In this document: piece by piece, positions 39,243-49,239 of the stretch
How the letters are laid out: the number at the start of each line of letters is the position of its first letter
How positions within the stretch are numbered: the first letter of the stretch is position 1
Source: Fidelibacterota bacterium
Lineage (GTDB): Bacteria > Fidelibacterota > Marinisomatia > Marinisomatales > TCS55
Length of the DNA: 58,909 bases
Direction of reading: 5' to 3'
Assembly: GCA_046861385.1 (NCBI GenBank)
Contig: JBHHTW010000012.1
Span: 1-58,909, forward strand
The notes under the pieces: model-generated
Database searches by the model: none
The model's input: the letters and a program-made list of their open reading frames with translations, nothing else
What the model was told of the DNA's origin: nothing
Translations under genes and position numbers: made by a program

Positions 39243-40214
39243 ATGATGAATATTCTTGTCGTACTTGAAAATAAAGGAAATTCCATTCATCGTATGAGTC
39301 TGGAGGCGATTACTGGTGCTCAGCAAATTGGAAATGAGTGCGGATTATCAGTGAGCGTATTGGCTCTAGGAGAGGGCGCTTCTGCACTGGGAACAGAAGC
39401 TTCACAATTTTCTGTTGGAGAAGTTTTGATCCTGGAAAATGAAAATATTAACACATACACAGCTGACGGATATTCAGCTGCTGCAGCTCAAGTGATACAG
39501 ACGGAAAACCCCGATTATGTTTTTTGGGGACACACGTATCAGGTTCGAGACTACATTCCTAGAGTCAGTGCAAAATTGACCCGACCATTTTTAAACGATG
39601 TTGTGTCATATACGGTTGAAGGCGGAAAACCAAAATTCTATAAACAAGTTTTTAATTCTAAGTTAATTGCAGAATTAGAAACAAAGGGTGAAGGCCCCAT
39701 ATTAGTGAGCTTTCAATCTGCAGCCTTTTCTTCTGAAAATATTCAAAGTGGCACTGCAACCGTTCGCCCAATTAATATTGACTTGGACCCATCTGACATT
39801 CGAACCATTCCCGATGTTCCTTTCCAGGAAGAATCAGGAGGCGTGGACCTTTCCAGTGCCGAATTGATTGTTTCTATTGGAAGAGGAATTGGAAAAGAAG
39901 AGAATGTCCCTCTCGCCCGGGAATTGGCGAAATCCATGGGAGCTGAACTGGCTTCATCACGCCCTGTGGTTGATGCGGGATGGCTAAAATCTCACCATCA
40001 GGTAGGAAGCTCTGGTCAGACGGTTGCGCCTAAGCTATACCTGGCTCTGGGAATTTCCGGCGCAATCCAACATGTAGTGGGAATGAAAGGTTCAAAAAAC
40101 ATTGTTGTCGTAAATAAAGACGCCGATGCCCCACTCTTTGAAATTGCAGATTACGGTGTGGTCGGAGATATAATGGAAATCATCCCCAAACTGACCGAAG
40201 CAATGGAAGCCTGA
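39243..40214 (+). CDS. etfA: Electron transfer flavoprotein alpha subunit
   Basis: [30 protein letters not shown]. Confidence 0.92.
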   Translation: MMNILVVLENKGNSIHRMSLEAITGAQQIGNECGLSVSVLALGEGASALGTEASQFSVGEVLILENENINTYTADGYSAAAAQVIQTENPDYVFWGHTYQVRDYIPRVSAKLTRPFLNDVVSYTVEGGKPKFYKQVFNSKLIAELETKGEGPILVSFQSAAFSSENIQSGTATVRPINIDLDPSDIRTIPDVPFQEESGGVDLSSAELIVSIGRGIGKEENVPLARELAKSMGAELASSRPVVDAGWLKSHHQVGSSGQTVAPKLYLALGISGAIQHVVGMKGSKNIVVVNKDADAPLFEIADYGVVGDIMEIIPKLTEAMEA

Positions 40215-40749
40215 AACCTGCTGATTAAATAGTTTTCTAATATAATATTATCTCTCATGGAAAACCCGATAGTGTTGAACGTCTTATTGGCTCAATCTTT
40301 TTAGATATTTGATTCCTACTGAATCTTCTCATGGTGAATTTTCACGTCGGTTTATAAGTTCATGACTTCAATGCGAGTCGAAAACATAGAATTAATTAAC
40401 ATTATTAATTAAGTCCCAGCTGGAATATATATCTATAATGAGAAAATAATAAAACGACTAACCCTATAGATTTTTTTAGGGAGGTCAATGATAGCCAATA
40501 TTTTCTGCCAGATTTACATTCAATTTGGGCTTGCGATGGAAGTATGTGAGAGAATTTCGAACGTGATATAATGGATGCATATTTGTTGTGATAGATACGA
40601 AAAATTATAATCAACCTAAAAAATAAAATATTGAATTAAAATTTAGTAGATTGCATGCACTATTTTTAACGTCCCCGAAGATCTTTATAATTTATGGGAA
40701 TATTAAAAGCAATTCTTTACAAATCAGACTAGAGTAAAATACATTACCC

Positions 40750-42768
40750 ATGCTAACCAATTTAGAGCGAGTCATTTTCATTATGATAGTCCTGGCTTCT
40801 GCTGGTCTGTCATGGATCACATTTGGAAAAATGTTTAAAGTTATTGGTCGGGGAACAGAGCCAATCGATTGGAAAAAGGCATTATTAAATTTACCTAAAG
40901 GGCTTGGTGTATTTCTCAGCCAACGCACCTTGTTTAAAACACGTCCTGTTATAGGCGGAATCCATGCCGCAGTTGCCTGGGGATTTACATTATATATGAT
41001 AGTAAATGTTATTGACGTCCTTTACGGCATGATCCCTGGTTTTCTTTTTTTCCCCAATCATATTATCGGAGATGTTTACCGGTGGTTCGTTGATATTTTC
41101 AGCGTCCTGGTGTTATTTGGGGTTCTCTACTTCATCCTTAGACGTTTTATATTTAATGATCCAAATTTAAAAGTGAATGAACCAGTCCGATTGAATAATT
41201 CCGCACAAAAAGGTGTGAGGAGGGATTCGTTGATCGTCGGGGTATTTATTTTGTTGCACGTTGGATTTCGATTCCTCGGGTCCAGTTTTGAAGTGGCTAT
41301 GGCCGCACCCAATTGGAGTCAGCCGGCCGCATCTGCTCTGGCACTATTTTGGAAGAATTCAGGAATGACTTCTTCATCTTTAATGATGGCTGAACATATC
41401 AGTTGGTGGTTGGCTTTAGGGTTGATTTTGGCTTTTCTCCCTTATTTCCCTTATTCCAAACATGCCCATTTATTTATGGGACCCCTGAATTTCATGGCTG
41501 CCACAAAACGTTTATCGCCTTCAACCCTGGAAATAATGGATTTGGAAGATGAAGGAATTGAACAATTCGGTGTTTCTCGACTAGAGCATCTTCCTCAGAA
41601 GGAACTTTTGGACGGATACGCCTGCATTATGTGTAATCGTTGTCAGGAAATGTGTCCGGCATATATCACAGGTAAGGAACTTTCCCCCTCTGCCATTGAA
41701 ATCAATAAACGGTATTATTTCAATGAACATTTAACCTCTTTAGCTAACGGAGAAGATACGGTTGAACCTCTGACGCAATGGATGTTGACGGAAAAAGCAG
41801 CCTGGTCCTGCACTACTTGCGGATTTTGCATTGAAGTCTGCCCAGTGGGGAATGAACCTATGGTGGATATTCTACGTATCCGCCAGGACTTGGTCCTCAT
41901 GGAAAGCCGGTTTCCCCAAGATGCCATGGATGTATTCAATAAGATTGAAACTTACGGAAACCCGTGGGGAATGTCTCCCCAGGACAGGGAAAAATGGATG
42001 GATGGAATCGATGTCCCTGTCATGAGAGAAAAAGAATCTGCTGAATATTTGTATTGGGCCGGATGTGCTGGTGCCTATGATGATCGGGGAAAAGATATCT
42101 CCCGGTCCATTGTTAAAATATTAAATAAAGCCCATGTAGATTACGGCGTTCTGGGAAATGAAGAAACCTGTACAGGAGATTCAGCCAGACGCATTGGCAA
42201 CGAGTATTTATTTCAGATGCAGGCTACCCAGAATATGGACAATTTTAAAAAGTACGACATAAAAAAAATTATAACGCAATGTCCCCATTGTTTAACCACT
42301 CTACAAAATGATTACGGTGAAATGGGCGCTGAATTAGAAGTGATACATCATTCCAAATTTATATCACAATTAATATCAGAGGGTAAAATAGCCCCTGATA
42401 ACACCCTCAAGGAAACAGTGACATTTCACGATGCTTGTTACGTGGGGCGGCATCATGGAGAATACGATGCACCGAGAAATGTTCTCCAATCCGTAATGGC
42501 AGATGGAAACGACCTGATTGAAATGAAGCGGAGTAAAGATCAAAGTTTCTGCTGCGGTGCCGGTGGGGGGAATATGTGGTATGAAATCAATACGGGCAAA
42601 CGCATCAATATTGAGCGATTTGAAGAAGCCATTGGTACGGGAGCGACCAAAGTGGCAACCTCCTGTAACTTTTGCATGATTATGATGGAAGATGCCCGGA
42701 AAGTCACCGGACAGGATGAAACAATGGAAGTGGTGGATATTGCTGAACTTGTCGCTGATCGCATTTAA
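40750..42768 (+). CDS. Membrane-bound Fe-S oxidoreductase with CCG domains (FadF/HdrF-like, putative ETF:quinone oxidoreductase)
   Basis: N-terminal TM region with His residues, CxxCxxCxxxCP twice, ETCTG and FCCGAGGG. Confidence 0.85.
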   Translation: MLTNLERVIFIMIVLASAGLSWITFGKMFKVIGRGTEPIDWKKALLNLPKGLGVFLSQRTLFKTRPVIGGIHAAVAWGFTLYMIVNVIDVLYGMIPGFLFFPNHIIGDVYRWFVDIFSVLVLFGVLYFILRRFIFNDPNLKVNEPVRLNNSAQKGVRRDSLIVGVFILLHVGFRFLGSSFEVAMAAPNWSQPAASALALFWKNSGMTSSSLMMAEHISWWLALGLILAFLPYFPYSKHAHLFMGPLNFMAATKRLSPSTLEIMDLEDEGIEQFGVSRLEHLPQKELLDGYACIMCNRCQEMCPAYITGKELSPSAIEINKRYYFNEHLTSLANGEDTVEPLTQWMLTEKAAWSCTTCGFCIEVCPVGNEPMVDILRIRQDLVLMESRFPQDAMDVFNKIETYGNPWGMSPQDREKWMDGIDVPVMREKESAEYLYWAGCAGAYDDRGKDISRSIVKILNKAHVDYGVLGNEETCTGDSARRIGNEYLFQMQATQNMDNFKKYDIKKIITQCPHCLTTLQNDYGEMGAELEVIHHSKFISQLISEGKIAPDNTLKETVTFHDACYVGRHHGEYDAPRNVLQSVMADGNDLIEMKRSKDQSFCCGAGGGNMWYEINTGKRINIERFEEAIGTGATKVATSCNFCMIMMEDARKVTGQDETMEVVDIAELVADRI

Positions 42769-42782
42769 CCCATTTTGCCTTT

Positions 42783-44540
42783 ATGGCGAACTATAATCAC
42801 TTCTTTCTACCTTTCGAAAAAAGAGGGTCCTTTGATAATTCCCCTCAGTCAATCTCCCAGTTAACTGAGTTCGAAAAATATCTCCTTTCTTTTCATCCCG
42901 AACGCCCGAAGTATCTGGACTATCTCCCATTATTCAACTCTGTTGAAGCGTGTTTTACGACCAATGAATTTGGTTCCTGCCTGATCCAAACCCATCGGGC
43001 TGAATTAAAGGGAGTGAAATTAATGCTCATTGGACAACAGAGCGGTCCCTCTTCGAATTATGAAAAAATCAGAAAAACCATGCAGGATGCAGATATACTG
43101 AAAAAGTGGAATAAAGGCATGGCGACTCCCGCATCCTACTCCCGGGCGGTGAAAGCCATTCAAGCTGCAAACAGTGAAAATCGAATAGTCATCACATTTC
43201 TGGATACGCCGGGAGCCGATCCGACAGAGGACGCAGAAGAAAGAGGAATCGCCTGGAGAATTGGTAATACAATTCAGGCCCTGGCTGAAGCGGTTCGCCC
43301 GACTTGTGCCATCATTATCAATCGCGGTTGCAGTGGCGGAGCCATTGCTCTGACCGGATGTGACAGAGTCTTTGCATTAGAAAACTCGACCTACTTAGTC
43401 ATCTCCCCTGAAGCCGCATCATCCATTTTATTTCGTTCCAGAAAAGAAGCCAATCGTGCCGCAGAGGCCATGTGGATTACTTCAAGAGAAGGACTGAATG
43501 TCCGAATTGTGGATGAACTGATCCCTGAAAAACCGGGACCAGCCCATCAGTGTCCCAATGAAACGAAAAATGAGGTTAAAAAAGTTCTGGAAAAATGGTT
43601 GCCTGAACTCAATAAGATTTCCGGGGAGAATGTATTTATTCAGCGAATGAACCGGTGGAAACACATGGGGCATTGGAATGAAATCTCAAAAGATAAAGTC
43701 AGGTTAACCACCTTCATTAAAACGAACATTCCAGCCAGTCAATCAAATGGATTTGTAAAAAGACATTCCGGCTGCAATACTCAAACAGGCAGACGGGTAT
43801 ATGATCCTCAACATTTTAATGAACTGGAGGAGAAGGATTTTGTCTGTCCGCTATGCGGGCAGCGGGTAACCCGATTGACAGCCTGGGATTATATCCATTA
43901 TGCTCTGGATAGTCAATCGTTTAAAGAACATGATGAAACCATAGGAATTATTGATAAGGATATTCTGGGCTTCCCCGACTACGAAAAGAAATTGGAAGAG
44001 ACTCGAAACAGGACCGGATTAATGACGGCCATGATCACCGGTGATGGAACCATAGAAGGTCACTCTGTTGTTTATGTGGGAAATGATTTCGGATTTTTAG
44101 GCGGCTCATTCTGTATGTCATCTGCGGAAAAAATTTGGCGAGCTGCCGAAATCGCAATAGAAAAACAGGTTCCAATGATTCTTCAAGCCTGTGGCGGTGG
44201 CGCCCGGATGCACGAAGGATGTTCATCGATGGTGGGTATCCCAAAAGCTCATGTGGCACTAACCCGTGTGGAAAGGGAAGGGTTGAAAGTGATAACGTTA
44301 ATTACAGATCCGACGCTCGGTGGTGTCGCTATTGGATATGGATCCAGAGGGATTCGTTTATTTGAGGAATACGCCGGTCATATTGGGTTTTCCGGTAAGC
44401 GGGTCATTGAACAGTATACCGGTAATAAAACGAGCAGGGATTTCCAAACGACCGAATGGTTGAAAAAATACGGCCATGTGGAAAGAACATTTAAATTAAA
44501 GACACTACAAAAGACACTGGCTGATTTGATAGATAAGTAA
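42783..44540 (+). CDS. Acyl-CoA carboxylase carboxyltransferase, AccA-like domain fused N-terminal to AccD-like domain
   Basis: FLDTPGA, GCSGGA, VISPEAA (alpha); then DFGFLGGS, GGGARMHEG, DPTLGGV, IGFSGKRVIEQ, FQTTE (beta). Confidence 0.85.
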   Translation: MANYNHFFLPFEKRGSFDNSPQSISQLTEFEKYLLSFHPERPKYLDYLPLFNSVEACFTTNEFGSCLIQTHRAELKGVKLMLIGQQSGPSSNYEKIRKTMQDADILKKWNKGMATPASYSRAVKAIQAANSENRIVITFLDTPGADPTEDAEERGIAWRIGNTIQALAEAVRPTCAIIINRGCSGGAIALTGCDRVFALENSTYLVISPEAASSILFRSRKEANRAAEAMWITSREGLNVRIVDELIPEKPGPAHQCPNETKNEVKKVLEKWLPELNKISGENVFIQRMNRWKHMGHWNEISKDKVRLTTFIKTNIPASQSNGFVKRHSGCNTQTGRRVYDPQHFNELEEKDFVCPLCGQRVTRLTAWDYIHYALDSQSFKEHDETIGIIDKDILGFPDYEKKLEETRNRTGLMTAMITGDGTIEGHSVVYVGNDFGFLGGSFCMSSAEKIWRAAEIAIEKQVPMILQACGGGARMHEGCSSMVGIPKAHVALTRVEREGLKVITLITDPTLGGVAIGYGSRGIRLFEEYAGHIGFSGKRVIEQYTGNKTSRDFQTTEWLKKYGHVERTFKLKTLQKTLADLIDK

Positions 44541-44814
44541 CCTTGTAGAAGTTTTTCCTCACAGAAAACCAAATATTGAGTACAAACTTTTTTGCTAATT
44601 TTCCCCTTTGGCAAAGTATATTTTTGGATTATTCTATCGCCTACCCCATTCTTCTGCCAATTCACTTCTCCCTTCGTCCAAGATTGGAATACAACTTTGA
44701 GGAAGTAAAAAAACTTTCGCAAAGTATCACTTCCATTTTAATTACCTTCCGAAGGTATTCTGCCAAAAAATTGGCTGACAAGTCCATCAAAAAGGCGGGC
44801 AGGCAGTTACCAGT

Positions 44815-46080
44815 CTACCAGTTATTATTTTCTAACAGCCATTGCCACGTAGGCATTATTGTAATTTTTTTATTATCATGGTTGAATTCTTCCTTAGCGG
44901 CATGCTGTGTTAAAATGAGTCCTTTTTCTACTTTCAAATCTTTCATACTTGTCAGAAGGGATTTTATCTCTCTGGCACGAGTTTCTGTATTTGAAATATC
45001 GAAGGAAACTTGAATCAACCTTTCTTGTTCAGGTAAAAAGAAATCTGTTTCTGTGCGTCGTTTATAATACATTAGTGTTTCTCGATTATTTCGATTTAAT
45101 TCATTGAAAACCAGGTTTTCTAACAATTTTCCGAAGTCTTCCAATAAAAATAAATTCAGTAATCCAACATCAATAAAATAGTATTTCTTCTTCATTTCAC
45201 GGTCAGAGAACTTATTGATAATATTCTGTATTGGTATCACAAGGTATGATTCTTTTAAATAAGTCAAATAATCAATAATGGTATTTGTACTCACTTTAAT
45301 CCCAATGGATTGTAAAAGATTTTTCATCCGGTTAAAGGATGTTTCATCCTCTACACTTTCAGCAAGCTTCTTTACTAATAATTCCAGCGCTTTCTTATTT
45401 TTCAAATTATACCGAACAAGGATATCCCCATAAAATACCTTTTTGAACAGATTATTTAAATAGTCTCGCTTATCTGTATATTTAATTAATTCAGGGAATC
45501 CCCCATATTTCAAATAGTCATTAAAATACCGTTTTATTAAAGGAGCATTTGAGGAATATTGAGAATGTGAGTTAATAACAATTCCGTGAAACATTAAGTA
45601 TTCAACGAATGATAAAGGAAAAATTTCTTTGATGAAGAATCTGCCACCCAATGTTGCTGCAATTTCCTGACTTAACATATTAGTATTGCTTCCGGTTACA
45701 TAAACTTGATATCCTTCATCTACCAGTCGTCGGCAATACGTTTGCCAATTATCCACGTTTTGAATTTCATCAAAATAAATGACAGGTTTATTATCAAATA
45801 ATTCTTTGTATGCATCAAGAATTAGCACCAAGTCCTTTGATGTTATTTCTAATAATCGTTCATCTTCAAAGTTTATATATAATACCCGTTGGCTTTGTTC
45901 ATTTCCGAAAGTTTTTTGAATGAGCTGGTAGAGAAAGTAGGTTTTCCCCGCCCTGCGGGGACCTACAATTACATAACTTGCATTTAAATCAATTGGAATA
46001 TCTCTCTCAATTAATTCGACAGATTGAATTCTTTCCTGATTGCTTACAATTAATTGTTTAAATATATCGATCATTATCAT
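44815..46080 (-). CDS. AAA_14 ATPase with DUF4143-like domain
   Basis: GPRRAGKT, INFEDER, FDEIQN, TGSN, GGFPE, YFIDVG, ENLVF; start placed just downstream of the palindrome. Confidence 0.85.
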   Translation of the reverse strand: MIMIDIFKQLIVSNQERIQSVELIERDIPIDLNASYVIVGPRRAGKTYFLYQLIQKTFGNEQSQRVLYINFEDERLLEITSKDLVLILDAYKELFDNKPVIYFDEIQNVDNWQTYCRRLVDEGYQVYVTGSNTNMLSQEIAATLGGRFFIKEIFPLSFVEYLMFHGIVINSHSQYSSNAPLIKRYFNDYLKYGGFPELIKYTDKRDYLNNLFKKVFYGDILVRYNLKNKKALELLVKKLAESVEDETSFNRMKNLLQSIGIKVSTNTIIDYLTYLKESYLVIPIQNIINKFSDREMKKKYYFIDVGLLNLFLLEDFGKLLENLVFNELNRNNRETLMYYKRRTETDFFLPEQERLIQVSFDISNTETRAREIKSLLTSMKDLKVEKGLILTQHAAKEEFNHDNKKITIMPTWQWLLENNNW

Positions 46081-46137
46081 ATATTGTTCTGTATACAGAA
46101 CAATATACCCCATAATTTATTTTGTATACAATATAAA
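46081..46137. promoter_or_regulatory. Perfect 26-bp palindrome plus degenerate second copy upstream of the third ATPase
   Basis: atattgttctgtatacagaacaatat at 46081-46106; ttgtatacaa core at 46122-46131. Confidence 0.6.
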
Positions 46138-46270
46138 ATGTTATTTGTAACTGAAACTTCTTTAACGGATGTATGCGGAGAAAATTAGAAGTTGAGAAAA
46201 ATAGTTAACCCTACAACGGTTTTTTGCCAAAAAACAGGCGGATAGGCAAACCTTCGCAGGTCACCCTTTA

Positions 46271-46696
46271 TCAATTCAAATGAACTAATTCAATCCCAGC
46301 CTCTTTGGCATGTTTCAGGATGCGTTCATCCCGATAGAATTCATCGTAGTAAATGGTTTTTATACCGGAGTTGGCAATGAGTTTGAAGCAATGATAGCAG
46401 GGCGAGGCAGTCACGAAAATTTCTGATTCATCTACGCGAACCCCGTTCTTGGCTGCTTGGGCAATGGCATTGGCTTCTGCATGAGTGGTTCGGACGCAGT
46501 GGCCATCTACCATTTCATGCCCCACTTCATTGCAGTGGGGGAGACCCCGGATGGAACCATTGTATCCGGTGGATAAAATCATTTTATCCCGTACGATGAC
46601 AGCACCGACATTTTTACGATCACAGGTAGATCGGGTGGCCACTTCCTTGGCGATATTTAGAAAATATTTTTCCCAGCTAATCCGATTATCAGACAT
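46271..46696 (-). CDS. dCMP deaminase (ComEB family)
   Basis: RSTC, GYNG, HAEANAI, PCYHC. Confidence 0.9.
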   Translation of the reverse strand: MSDNRISWEKYFLNIAKEVATRSTCDRKNVGAVIVRDKMILSTGYNGSIRGLPHCNEVGHEMVDGHCVRTTHAEANAIAQAAKNGVRVDESEIFVTASPCYHCFKLIANSGIKTIYYDEFYRDERILKHAKEAGIELVHLN

Positions 46697-46949
46697 GATT
46701 TAATTGCTCTCTTATAAACACTTTCACCGCTGATCGTAATTCTCCAAAATAAATTCTTTCAACATGTTGAGCCAACTGTGCGGTTACAATTAAATATGCC
46801 CACGTCGGGACAGGAATCGATGAACAGCCCCTGACTAAAACGCGATCATTTTTATATTTGGACCAGTCAATTTGGTTCACCTGTCTGCGGAACGATTCCT
46901 CTTTTAAAATACCTCCGTCAAGGAAATCATCCATTTGAATCGTTGTCAT
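46689..46949 (-). CDS. DUF2480-like protein
   Basis: GILKEESFR...DWSKY...C...VPTWAY. Confidence 0.65.
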   Translation of the reverse strand: MTTIQMDDFLDGGILKEESFRRQVNQIDWSKYKNDRVLVRGCSSIPVPTWAYLIVTAQLAQHVERIYFGELRSAVKVFIREQLNHV

Positions 46950-46968
46950 CTAATTACAGTCTCTGTGG

Positions 46969-47235
46969 TTATGATTTTTTTACTTTATCCACAGACATAT
47001 ACACTGGCTTTTTATCTCCCATGAAATAATGATAATTTAATATGGCATATCCTTCATTATTTCGGGTGGGGCATTGATCACAGCTTTCTCTGCCATCTTC
47101 CTTGTGCCGTAATAAATTCAAGAGTTTTTCATCAGTTTCCGGTGAACCGGCCACCAAATCTTCATCTGTTTCAACGTACCACCGCATCGTAATCAAATAT
47201 TTAAATTTTTTATCTTCAGTATTATTTTCAGTCAT
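46969..47235 (-). CDS. Hypothetical protein with CxxC
   Basis: GAGG RBS before ATG 47235; SCDQCP; co-oriented downstream of sufS. Confidence 0.6.
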   Translation of the reverse strand: MTENNTEDKKFKYLITMRWYVETDEDLVAGSPETDEKLLNLLRHKEDGRESCDQCPTRNNEGYAILNYHYFMGDKKPVYMSVDKVKKS

Positions 47236-47321
47236 ATAAACCTCGTTAATCAGATTATCCAAAGAATTTATAATAATTATTTAAAATGTAATACAAAATT
47301 GCATGATTACATTTTCCATAA

Positions 47322-48539
47322 TTAGTTTCGAATACCCATGAACTTAACTGTTTTCACCAAACTATCACACAAGCGATCGATATCATTTTCACAATTATAT
47401 AAGTAGAAACTGGCCCGCCCGGTCGCAGAGACTCCTAGTTTTTTCATGATAGGTTGAGCGCAATGATGTCCCGCGCGGATCGCGATGTCATCACTATCCA
47501 ATAATTGAGCCAGATCGTGAGGATGGATGGTTTTAAGATTGAAACTGATAACACCACCTCGATCAGGTGCGGATCCATACATGGTAACCTCAGGGATTTC
47601 ACCCATCTTCTTTAAGGCATATTTCAGGAGGGTTTGTTCATGATGATGGATGGATTCCATTCCCACAGAATTGATATAATCAATCGCAGCGCCCAACCCA
47701 ATCGCTTGGGCGATATTGGGAGTTCCTGCCTCAAATTTCCATGGAATTTCATTCCAGGTTGATTCGGTTAAAGAAACGGTTTGAATCATTTCTCCTCCCC
47801 CCAGAAATGGATTCATTGATTCTAAGATGTCCGGTTTTCCATACAAAATACCTACTCCTGTTGGTCCCAACATTTTATGACCTGAAAAGGCCAGGAAATC
47901 ACAATGTAATTCCTGAACATTGACTGACTGATGGGGAACACTCTGGGCAGCATCAATCAAAGTAATTGCTCCAACACTCTTGGCAAAATTGATAATTTTT
48001 TTAATGGGATTCACGGTACCAAACACATTGGATTGATGAATGACCGCTACCAATTTTGTCTTGGGAGTAAACCACTTTTCAGGGTCGGTTAAATCAAGCG
48101 CCCCATCATGGTTAAAGGGAATAAATTTTAGTGTCGCTCCAGTTTCTTTTGCACATATTTGCCAGGGTATCAGGTTGCTGTGATGCTCCATCTCTGTCAG
48201 AAGAATTTCATCTCCCGGCTTTAGATTTTGTCTTCCCCATGCATAGGCTACTAGGTTAATGGACTCAGTGGTTCCTTGGGTGAAAATGATCGAATTGATT
48301 TCTCCATGAATAAATTCAGCCACTTTTTTACGGCTATTTTCATATTCTGCAGTTGCCTTTTCGCCAATTTGGTAAATGGATCGATGAACATTAGCACTAT
48401 ATTCTGTGTAATAACGGCTGACCGCTTCGATGACTGAATACGGTTTAAATGTTGTTGCTGAATTGTCTAAATAAACAAAGTCATCATCATCTTCCGAGAA
48501 GATAGGAAAATCTTTCCGGATCTCTTTTACATCAAACAT
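47322..48539 (-). CDS. sufS: Cysteine desulfurase, group II
   Basis: YLDNSATT, EHHSN, FSGHKM, RAGHHCAQP. Confidence 0.95.
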   Translation of the reverse strand: MFDVKEIRKDFPIFSEDDDDFVYLDNSATTFKPYSVIEAVSRYYTEYSANVHRSIYQIGEKATAEYENSRKKVAEFIHGEINSIIFTQGTTESINLVAYAWGRQNLKPGDEILLTEMEHHSNLIPWQICAKETGATLKFIPFNHDGALDLTDPEKWFTPKTKLVAVIHQSNVFGTVNPIKKIINFAKSVGAITLIDAAQSVPHQSVNVQELHCDFLAFSGHKMLGPTGVGILYGKPDILESMNPFLGGGEMIQTVSLTESTWNEIPWKFEAGTPNIAQAIGLGAAIDYINSVGMESIHHHEQTLLKYALKKMGEIPEVTMYGSAPDRGGVISFNLKTIHPHDLAQLLDSDDIAIRAGHHCAQPIMKKLGVSATGRASFYLYNCENDIDRLCDSLVKTVKFMGIRN

Positions 48540-48681
48540 CAGACATTGATTGGCTGATTGATTGAATCACTACAACTTTTTACATCTAACATCTAATGGC
48601 TAACCTTTTCCATATTTTATGCTCCATTTTCCATTTAATATTTTCCCATTCACCAGTTACTCCTCTATCAGTTACCAATCT

Positions 48682-49239
48682 CTAAAGTAGTCCTAATTGC
48701 AGACGGGCAGCTTCGGTCATCATGTTTTGGCCCCAAGGCGGATCCCATACCAGGAGAACCATCACATCTGAGACACCTGGAACACCTGAAATTTTTTGTT
48801 CAACTTCCTGGGCAATGATAGGTCCCATTCCGCATCCGGGCGCCGTGAGAGTCATGGAAACTTCGACCAATGTTCCTCCGGATTCCGTCTTTGAAAAGTC
48901 ACAGGAGTAAATTAAACCGAGGTCAACAATATTAACCGGAATCTCAGGATCATAACAGGTTCGCATGGCATCCCAGACGGCTTTTTCATCTACTGCTTGA
49001 TCATGAGCTACATTTTCTTGTGCCTTAACGATTGCTTTTTTCCCGATGGCATCGGCGTCAGCGTCCTCAACCCGGTATAAATTTCCGTTCACAGCAACGG
49101 TATAATTGCCACCGAGAGCCTGGGTGATAATTCCGTGTTCTCCTTTTAGTATTTTTCCTTTGGTTCCGGAAGGAATCATGGTCACGGGACAATCTCTGGA
49201 AAACGTGACGACTTCTTCTGTATGAGTGGTATTTATCAT
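48682..49239 (-). CDS. sufT: Long-form SufT (DUF59/PaaD-like) Fe-S assembly protein
   Basis: ITQALGG, YDPEIPVNIVDLGL, TLTAPGCGMG, DPPW; ATG 49239 overlaps sufU stop. Confidence 0.88.
   Translation of the reverse strand: MINTTHTEEVVTFSRDCPVTMIPSGTKGKILKGEHGIITQALGGNYTVAVNGNLYRVEDADADAIGKKAIVKAQENVAHDQAVDEKAVWDAMRTCYDPEIPVNIVDLGLIYSCDFSKTESGGTLVEVSMTLTAPGCGMGPIIAQEVEQKISGVPGVSDVMVLLVWDPPWGQNMMTEAARLQLGLL

Noticed and set aside
44378-45013. ORFs 44378-44722 (-) and 44576-45013 (+)
   Set aside because: Overlap real genes on the opposite strand and have no recognisable motifs
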